A stretch of DNA of 64,000 nucleotides, from the NCBI GenBank assembly GCA_043228905.1, contig JBHGNT010000007.1:2356001-2420000 (forward strand), written 5' to 3'. The position numbers and the translations under genes were made by a program. The notes under the pieces were generated by a model, which saw only the letters and a list, made by a program, of their open reading frames with translations, searched no databases and had not been told where the DNA came from. This document shows positions 55,073 to 64,000 of the stretch, one piece after another; the stretch's first letter is position 1, and every line of letters starts with the position of its first letter. Source of the stretch: Azolla caroliniana (Eukaryota > Plantae > Polypodiophyta).

Positions 55073-57597
55073 TTAAGATGTTGATTGGTTTTCCTTAGAT
55101 GGAAATTGTGTGAAAATTTGCAAAAAGTCTTTCCAATGACCACTGGAAGAGCCCCCTTGTCCAATTGCTTTGTGGGCACTTTTCTTCCATTTTTGAATAT
55201 TCCCTGTCACCAATAGCTCTGATGGTTCCATAAGCATTTTCACCTTTTTACATACCTCCTCTTTCGTAGCAAATCCTAACTCATTTGTCTCAATCTCGAA
55301 CCCAATCCCCCATCGATCCACACATTGACGACAATTGAGCATTTGGTCTCCATAATAAGGCCACCCGAGTATAGGAACACCAGCACTGATGCTTTCAAGG
55401 GTGGAATTCCAGCCACAATGAGTTAAAAACCCTCCAATAGCTCTATGAGTAAGAACTTGTTTTTGTGGAGCCCAAGGAACAAAACATGAACGACCATTCA
55501 TTCTTTCAAGATAACCATCGGGGAAAGCAATTGGCTTTTTCTCGGTCATAAGGTTGGGCCTAAGGACCCAAAGGACGGGTTTTAAGCTCATTTCTAACCC
55601 TAATGCAATCTCTATGATTTGCTCGCATGTGAGAATTGTGAGGCTTCCAAAGGAAACATACAACACTGACTTGTCTATTTGCTCATCTAACCACTGCAAG
55701 CAACTATTGTCCTCTTCCCATAACAAAGCTATTGCCCTTTTCTTGGTTTCGTGTTCATAATGTCTACCAACATCATCAAAGTACCATTGAGGCAAAATAG
55801 GCCCTATGGAAAACAATTTTTTCTTCAAATCTTCCTCGACACTTGATAGAGAGACTTCCTCCAACTCTTGAAATGTGTTTATTATAATGTATGGGGTGTC
55901 TTTCAGTGTATCAAAGCATCCAATTAGATATTGGAACATGGGATTATTTGGGTCAGCAGATTGAAGTGAAGTAGTGATCTCATTCCACTTGAGGGTTGTC
56001 ACACCTGGGATATAGTCGACCACATCTCCTGCAAGGTAACACATGAATACATTATAAACACAACCCAAATCGAGCCCCCAGATCGATTATAACAAGAATA
56101 TCTACATTATGCTCTCTTAGAAACTTAAATATAAACTCACATGAACGACATAGAAGTAAGCATGGCTTTATGGATGGATTTAATTAAGATTGACATAGGC
56201 ACATTAGTTCATGAATGATGGTCGGGTTATCAAGAGCTGCCAAGAGTTTGGATAGCTATGATATGGACACAAATCTAGATTTTGCCTTGTGGAATAATTA
56301 GATGAGAAATGTTTTGATTCAAAGAAGGTAATTTAGGCCATTGAGTGGTGAAGCCAAGACACCTAAAGGCACGACCAATTATGATTGGGAAGAGCTTGAT
56401 CTCTTGGCAAGGTCCACCATAAGGTTGCACCTAACAGCCAATGTATACTCCATAATCTTGAACTGTGACTAGGCTGAAAAACTATGGACTACATTATGTA
56501 GTACCTATGAGAAGGAGATTGCATCAAATAAAATCTATCTAACAAGAAAACTCCATGATCTTTGGATGAAGGACTTCGATAGTGTCACCTCTAATTTGAA
56601 TGACTTTGATGCATTATGGTTCCAACTACAAGCTCAAAATATGACTATGAACGATGAGCTAAAATGTGTTTTCCTTTTAATATGCAAAAATGATTGTTAT
56701 GCCTTTGAAACGTAAGGAAAAGGATAATGCTAAATCAAAAGATGATGGGCATGCAAGACAATCTAGTGGTCCCTCATCCTCAACGGAAATAGAAGAAATA
56801 AATGCAATGTGTGACAAGATAAACATTTTGGTCTTAGATGCTATCACCAGAATGTGGTTTTTTCTCTCGCCCATACATGGTTATTGGTCTCTGGTGCATC
56901 ATTTCATTTCATGTGACTCCACATAGAGAAATCAAATCACTTGGCAAAGTGAGACTTTGATACTCACATTGGTGTGATGTGATTGGTATTGGAGATATCT
57001 CATCTAGTGATGGTTCTCATCTTACCATGAAAAATGTATGCTATGTTCCCCAACTAATACGTAACCTAATGTTCGTTATTCAAGTTGTTAGGCATTTGTA
57101 CCTGGAGATGGCAGGGGGTTGCGGCGGAATATAGACATATAGCTAGCAAGGGACCCGGCGGATTGAGGAAAGAAGACGATCCGCGGGAGGTTGAAAGCGC
57201 GGGCGAGGGCGTGTGTGAAAGGGACATAGAAGTCGGAGAGGATGCAAGTGAGGGGCGGGTCGGACTGGAGCAAATCCGTGACGATCTTGACGAAAGGCTC
57301 TTGGGCTGCGAGGTCTCGGAGAGAGAGGCACATGTGCGTGACGACAGAGTACCTCCCCATGTCATGAGAGGATGGGAAGAGATTGGGCGGGATCTCGATG
57401 AGGTGGATGTCGGCTCCGACCCCGAGATGCGGAGAGTGGAGGAGGGGCTCCAATTGGCGTATGGCGGCGTGGTTGTCCGGGTGGTTAGCCACGGTGATTC
57501 GGAAGCCGCCCATGGTGGCGAGGCTTATGCAAAGCTCCATGAGTGGCCCTATGTGGCCTTGGGCCGGGAAGGCCACTACCAAGGCATGAGGCTTCTT

Positions 57598-57600
<3 letters not shown>
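55073..57600 (-). CDS. UDP-glycosyltransferase, copy C; exons 57600-57102 and 56028-55073, ~484 aa
   Basis: MKKPHALVVAFPAQGHIGP, ILSDFY, PSPG box WAPQKQVLTHRAIGGFLTHCGWNSTLESISAGVPILGWPYYGDQ; CAG|GTAC donor, TTGCAG|GA acceptor (499+956 nt). Confidence 0.95.
56200..57055 (+). mobile_element. Decayed copia gag/protease fragment in the UGT-C intron
   Basis: WEELDLLARSTIRLHL...YEKEIASNKIYLTRKL (UBN2-type gag); explains the 1073-bp intron versus 251 bp in D. Confidence 0.8.
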
Positions 57601-57644
<44 letters not shown>

Positions 57645-57704
57645 CCCAACCTCCCTTCCCCCCCCCCCCCCATTCAAGAAAAAAAAACCCTTCTTACCCT
57701 TTTT

Positions 57705-57830
57705 CTTTACGTGGCATGATGAGAGCCACACGTTTTCCCCCCTTTTTACCCTTTTTCTTTACGTGGCCAAAAGCGCTTGCCTTATGTGCGTTGACACGTG
57801 GCTCAGGGGATGTCGCTGACGTGTCATTAG
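57705..57830. promoter_or_regulatory. Cluster of ACGT-core ABRE/G-box-like motifs 110-230 bp upstream of UGT-C
   Basis: ACGTGGC at 57709 and 57761, CACGTGGC at 57795, TGACGTGTCA at 57817. Confidence 0.5.
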
Positions 57831-58633
57831 CTAGTTGGAAAGAGACAACACACACACAAAAAGATCCCTTCTTAATTCACATCGAATATTAAAGAGAGGG
57901 CAAGATATCCTTCGATTTAGTGAGGTTTTCAATAATTCCGAAAGTACCCTCACTTCTTTGTTACCTTCTAAACCATGTGTATTTTGGTCATGTTTTTTAA
58001 TATAAAAAGCGCCCAAATAAATATATCATAACATCAACATCACATATAAGCACTTGTTTGCTCTCACGTCTCTATAATTTGGTCAGTGACACTCATGTCA
58101 ATTATGTGCCAATGTCATTGTCATTGTGTGTGCCTGCGTGCCTGCGTGCGGCGCGCTCTTATTTATCCATGAGCCTTGAAAGTCTTGCATTAAGCTTTAC
58201 TCTCACCTAATAGGGCTACATGTACATACTACATATCAAGATACATATAGACATCTAATCCCCTATATACATTTGATGCGAAGGATCTTTAAAGTATATA
58301 ACATCAGGAACCATGCCAAGCTCTTAAAAAAATATGCTTTTTGAAACCAAGTTTAACATGGTACCATCATTCAAGTAAGGATATCCCCCAATTCACAACT
58401 TCTTGCATAAAATATGTAATGAAGATTTGGTTTGTAGTCAAGACTATTCTATGATTAATTTAAAACAATAACATTAATATGAGCATAAGGATACATATGT
58501 AGGAAAAAAACATACATGGTGCGCCATGTTGACAAATGTATTACATTAATGGGTTTATAAGGTATAAGTTAAAAAATGAACCTTAATTGCAAAGTAAAGC
58601 AATTCCCATTTGATTTACTAACAATTAAGGAGA

Positions 58634-59440
58634 CTATGGCCAAGAGTGGGCCATGAAGAACAATGAAATGTTGCGAGCATATTTGTGCAAGGTCTTTTGA
58701 ATGGTACTCCACGACAATGTTTTAGGTGAAGATAAGAATCGACGACTTGGAATGTTGTGATTCTGTTGATGAACATGTCGGGAAGGTGATTGTCGTGAAG
58801 TACGAGTGGAAGTGGTGTCTAATTCATGGTGTGAGTTGTAAGAGTTTAATTGGGGTCTAGAAGGAGAATCATCTAGCATAGCATTAGACGTTTGCCTATC
58901 TCTAGAATTACCTCTCATATGGCTTGTATTCGTTTCATTATATCTTGAACCATGTAATGCATTGGAATGTGACCGAATATTATGAGACCTACTATTGGAT
59001 GTACCAATATGTTTCGAACCACCTATGCCACTAGATTGTGGCACATTGCGATGAGATCTATCAAATGATGTGTGAGGATGTAAGTGTGATTGGTTCCTTC
59101 TTCTTTCCCAAATGCCTTCATATGGGTTAATATCATGGCCATTCATGGAAAATAGGTCATATGTTTCAACATTGTGGTTATTAGAGTGGTGTGTTTGATC
59201 AGATTGCTCATACGAATAATCCTCATCAACATCGTAGTCATTGACGGAATTTCCAATGAGACGATGTCGTTGAGCACTTGTGAAAAAAGAGGGAATTGCT
59301 TGGAACAAGAATTGTATGGAGGCCCCCAATATGAGGGCGGCTGTGGGTAGTAACTTGGTGAAGATGAGTTCCAAGGTTGACACCCCAAAATCTATGGCTT
59401 CCAACACAAAGTATGTCACATTTGAAGCCGACATCGGCAA
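58634..59440 (-). CDS. Orphan 268-aa ORF: hydrophobic N-terminus, then His/Ser/Asn/Arg-rich low-complexity region
   Basis: 807-nt uninterrupted ORF in AT-rich DNA; its 3' part has degenerate copies at 40410-40590, 41140-41325 and 53925-54140; no recognisable domain. Confidence 0.4.
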   Translation of the reverse strand: MPMSASNVTYFVLEAIDFGVSTLELIFTKLLPTAALILGASIQFLFQAIPSFFTSAQRHRLIGNSVNDYDVDEDYSYEQSDQTHHSNNHNVETYDLFSMNGHDINPYEGIWERRRNQSHLHPHTSFDRSHRNVPQSSGIGGSKHIGTSNSRSHNIRSHSNALHGSRYNETNTSHMRGNSRDRQTSNAMLDDSPSRPQLNSYNSHHELDTTSTRTSRQSPSRHVHQQNHNIPSRRFLSSPKTLSWSTIQKTLHKYARNISLFFMAHSWP

Positions 59441-60795
59441 TGCTTACACATTTAATTATCTAAAGAGTGATCTTTTTATACCCTTAAAATTAATGAATAT
59501 ACCATGGGAATCAAAATCTTCTACCCATCCAAGCTTCCCATTTGTATATACTTTTGCGAATTATAATAGTTACTCGGTTTATTCACTATAACATCATTCA
59601 TAATGTAGGAATATGCTCGTTAGACCTTGCATACATTTTGCTTTAGCATTGTTTTCCATGGTAGGGATTATCCTTTTTTAGAAATAGGCTCTTGGGTTGG
59701 TTCCACACTTTCTAATGTTTTTGAGAACAATGTTGCCTAATGGCATGAGTTGATCTTAGACCGCGCATAATCGAAGATTGGATACCCTAGTTTGATGTTG
59801 TTGTGATAACTATATGGCATAAGTTACAAACTTGTGGTGGAACAATGCTTTTGTGGAAAAGGTAAAAATGATCACCACCCCCAATTCGAAATAATAAGCA
59901 TACCTAGACAACAATATTGTATTAATAATAGTACATTTTGCTTAAGTTAATACAATGATCATTTATTTGGTTTCAAATAACTACATCCATGTTTCAAAAT
60001 TTAACTCAAATTTTACATCTTATCTATTGATTCTTTTTACATTGAAAGCATTTCCTTTGGTAACTAATGGATTCAATTGATACTTGCATGATCGACAAGC
60101 ACAAAATCAATTGAATAAAATGGGCATCTATTACGGGATTGCTTGAACAAGGAGGCTAAACTATTCAGAAACCTATTAATAGAGCACAAACATAGTTATA
60201 TCCACAAGAATATAGAGAACATAATCATATCCACAAGACTATAGAGCACATTGAGAACCTATTTAGACCACCGTATGATTAGAACACAATTACATCACGA
60301 AGTATTGAATAAGCACTGAAAAGACTTTAGAACTAGTTGGCATCTCTATAAAAATAAAATGTAAGCATGAATACAAAAACACAAGAATCTAAATTGTTTT
60401 TTTAAAACTTGATTCTCGATAGAATTTGTAAATGATTGCTTTGAATCTGATTAGAACCGACCATCTCAAAAATAATTCCCTCCTCTACTCCCTTAAGAAA
60501 AAATAGACTTTATTCTTTATGCAAGTAACTAGGGTTTTGTGAAACTCATTCATATTGAATAAAAACAACGATTTGCACACACTAAATATTTCAGCAAAGA
60601 TCTAGGGTATGGCAAACATTTCAATTAGTTGACGAAAAGAACATTTTCCATTAGCCTTAACTCGTCTACAACGCTTTGACATTATAATTTGCCTTTGTAG
60701 ATGAAGAAGGCACAAGGTTCTAGTGATAAAAATACACATCATGAACATTTTATGAGTGCCTCCATAGTACCTCCCTACATGGAACAACAACCAAG

Positions 60796-62567
60796 TTATG
60801 GAGGCAATTGGTTTTCCTTAGATGCAAATTGTGAGAAAGTTTGCAAAAATTCTTTCCAATGACTATGTGAAGAACCTCCTTGTCCAATTGCTTGGTGCGC
60901 ACTGTTCTTCCATTTGTGACTATTCTCTCTCACGAGTATCTCCGACGGTTGCATAAGCATTTTCACCTTTTTACATACCTCTTCTTTTGTAACAAATCCT
61001 AACTCATTGGTCTCAATCTCGAGCCCTATCCCCCATCGATCGACACATTGTCGACAATTGAGCATTTGGTCTGCAAAATAAGGCCACCCAAGTATAGGAA
61101 CACCAGCACTAATGCTTTCAAGAGTGGAATTCCACCCACAATGTGTGAAAAACCCTCCAATCGATCTATGAATAAGGACTTGTTTTTGTGGAGCCCAAGA
61201 AACAAAACACGAACGACCATGCATTCTTTCGAGATAACCATTTGGGAAAGCAACTGGCATTTCCTCGATCATTAGGTTGGGCCGAATAACCCAAAGAATG
61301 GGCTTCAGGCTCATTTCTAACCCTAATGCAATCTCAACGAATTGCTTGCATGTGAGAATTGTGATGCTTCCAAAGGAAACATACAATACTGACTTGTCTA
61401 TTTGTTCATCTAACCATTGCAAGCAACTGTAGTCCTCTTGCCATAATGAAGCTGCCATTCTTTTATTCGTTTCGTGTACATTATGTTTCCCGACATTATC
61501 AAAGTACCACGGAGGCAATATAGGCCCTATAGAGAACAATTTCTTCTTCAAGCCTTCCTCCAGGCTCGATAGAGACACATTCTCCAGCTCTTGAAATGTG
61601 TTCATTAGAATGTAAGGGGTGTCTTCTAGGGTGTGAAAGCATTCAAATAAGTATTGGAACTTGGGATCATTTGGGTCACCAGATTGAAGAGTAGCTGTGA
61701 TCTCATTCCACTTAAGTGTTGTCACTCCGGGGATATAATCGATCACATCTCCTGCAAAATAAGATATGCATATCCGGTCAGTAAACAACACCAAACCCAA
61801 ATCGGGCCGATGGATCGATTACTACACAAGGATATCTATCAACATTGTTGTTCTCTACGAGACCAAGACGAAGTCGTACGGCCGGACAATCAGGTTCACC
61901 CCTTTGGGGGGATGGAAGAAGCGTAAAATACCGATAAGAAAACTAAATAACACCCCCCCACAAAACGGAGGATTTGTTATTAGGCGGTGTATATGTGTAT
62001 ACCTGGAGACGGCCGGGGGTCGCGCCGCATAATAGACATGTAGGAAGCGAGGGTTCCGGCCGATTGCGGACAGAAGACGATGCGGGGGAGGCCGAAGGAG
62101 CGGGCGAGGGCGAGTGTGAAAGGCGCATAGAAGTCGGAGAGGATGCAAGTGAGGGGCGGGTCGGATCGGAGGAGAGATCTAACGATCTCGACCAAAGGCC
62201 CTTGCATCCCGATGTCTCGGAGGTCTTGGCAAGTTTGGGCCAGGAGGAGGTGCCTTTGGCTGGGTGTTTGGTCGGCCCGGCCGGGCACCGCATTACTAGG
62301 CTGATGTGTCGGGGCGGACAAAGACGGATTGGGCGGGATCTCGATGAGGTGGATGCCAGCTCCTCCTCCTCCGGTCCCGGGATGATGCCGAGAGTGGAGG
62401 AGGAGGAGGAGGGGCTCCAAGTGGCGTATGGCGGCGTGGCTTTCGGGGTAGTTGGCGAAGGTTATTCGGAAGCCGCCCATTGTGGCTAGGCTTATGCAGA
62501 GGTCCATGAATGGCCCTATGTGCCCTTGGGCCGGGAAGGCCACCACCAAGGCATGAGGCTTCTTCAT
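60796..62567 (-). CDS. UDP-glycosyltransferase, copy D (paralog of C); exons 62567-62003 and 61751-60796, ~506 aa
   Basis: Same motifs as C; 251-bp phase-1 GT..AG intron (565+956 nt in frame). Confidence 0.95.
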
Positions 62568-62626
62568 CCTCTCTCTCTCTCTCTCTTGTCTTTTGTCCGC
62601 CCGCCCATTTCCCTTGGCAAGGACAT

Positions 62627-64000
62627 TGTGGAAAGCAGGGCTTTAACAACAACGACAAGGACGCCAGCTGTCGTGACATGATGAGAGCCACACTTTCTTT
62701 GCCAACTGCGTGTGCTAATTCACCACCCGTGTTGTAATAAACTAATTAGTTTAGAATAAGTAAATAAAATAATAATAAGAAGAAGAAGACGAAAAGTTAA
62801 ATGATATGAACAGGTGCACCCCAAAAATCTATAACAACCACATTTCCTCTCTGTGTGGTCGGTTGGTTGTGTGGTCGGTTGGTTGTAGAGACAGACAAAA
62901 GGAACTATCATTCAATCAAATTTCTTCCTACCTTTCTCTCTGTCTCCCTCTCCCTCTATTTCCATTCCATATTTCCTTATTTTCCACATGGTATTAGAGC
63001 GGTGAAGGAGTCCAACCCCACCAAGAATTGTGTCGTGGTGTTAATAACGAACGTGTGAATTAAAGAAACGTTTTTCGACCATGTCAAAAGGTGGAGTGAT
63101 AGCAAATGTGGTTACAAATGCCGCCCAGGTATCGTCTCGCACTTATCACATTGAAAAATTAAATGATAAAAACTATAAACCATGCCGTATGACCATGGAA
63201 ATTATATTAGAACAACATGACTTGTTAAATATCGCCGAATGGAACCGACATGTGCCCCGACATTAATGTCCCCACAAATGTGCTTGACGTGCAAACATGG
63301 AAGCAACGTGATTTAAACGCTCGCTTAGAACTTCTCCTTCATATGGAGGACACACTTAAGCAAAGTGTGAGAACCTTGACTACCTCCAAACAAATATGGG
63401 ATAGATTAGAGGCTGATTACCTCCATACGAACGTTACGTCCCAAGTTGCAAATTTAAAAACTTTAATAAATATGAATATGAATGAAAATGATGATGTTGA
63501 TACATTTGTTAAAAATTGGAGACCGACTTGATGATGTGATCCTTTCAGGACTTAGTTTGCCAAGTTCCGTTCAATCCGCCCTCTTGTTAGCCGCCCTACC
63601 CCCATCATGGCAACCATTTATAAGTACAAAATCCACATCAGTCAACATTAGTGTCCCAACATTAGTGGCATCAATCTCACAAGAAAACATATTTCATAGG
63701 GCAATAAATCACACCGCACTTTATATCAAACATCCAAATTACAATAAAAAACCTTACAATAAACCTAGATCAACATACCAACCTAATAACTCCAAATTTT
63801 ATTCATGGACTTCTAAATTTAATGATTCAAGGAATCATAACAAATCTAGGTTCCTTAGATCCTTTTGTAAAAATTGTCAAAGGAGTGGACATGAAACAAA
63901 AGATTGTTATAGGAATCCTAACAATGGGAAAAGAACATATAAAGAAGACCAATCTTACAATGCATCACATGATGACTACGATCAAAATAATGACATATGT
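62627..64000 (+). mobile_element. Ty1/copia element, 5' part (LTR ending 62988, PBS 62989-63000, disrupted gag); runs off the window
   Basis: TTTCCACA|TGGTATTAGAGC (tRNA-iMet PBS); gag IEKLNDKNY, WKQRD..AR..L, knuckle CKNCQRSGHETKDC; candidate LTR start TGTGGAAA at 62627 (boundary uncertain). Confidence 0.85.

Noticed and set aside
57085-57819. 244-aa plus-strand ORF (also 61974-62489)
   Set aside because: Antisense shadow of the GC-rich UGT exon 1.

Overview
AT-rich, transposon-dense land-plant nuclear DNA, possibly a fern (inferred from the LINE types, PLS-PPR debris and abundant (GA)n). The genic core is four intact two-exon family-1 UDP-glycosyltransferase (UGT) genes, all on the minus strand, forming two paralog pairs: A/B at ~30.5-32.6 and 47.6-49.8 kb, C/D at ~55.1-57.6 and 60.8-62.6 kb. 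There is also one small membrane-protein gene at 9.5-10 kb and an orphan 268-aa ORF between C and D. The rest is nested retroelements: a near full-length L1-type LINE between two (GA)n tracts, four copies of a tRNA-derived SINE that all adjoin (GA)n, an RTEX-like LINE with a triplicated C-terminal Zn-finger, an L1-framed insertion with PPR sequence in place of ORF2, solo or deleted LTR elements, and the 5' half of a copia element just upstream of UGT-D. The strongest candidates for new biology are a (GA)n-targeting LINE/SINE pair and a LINE carrying a PPR gene as cargo. All alignments were done by eye; no database searches were run.
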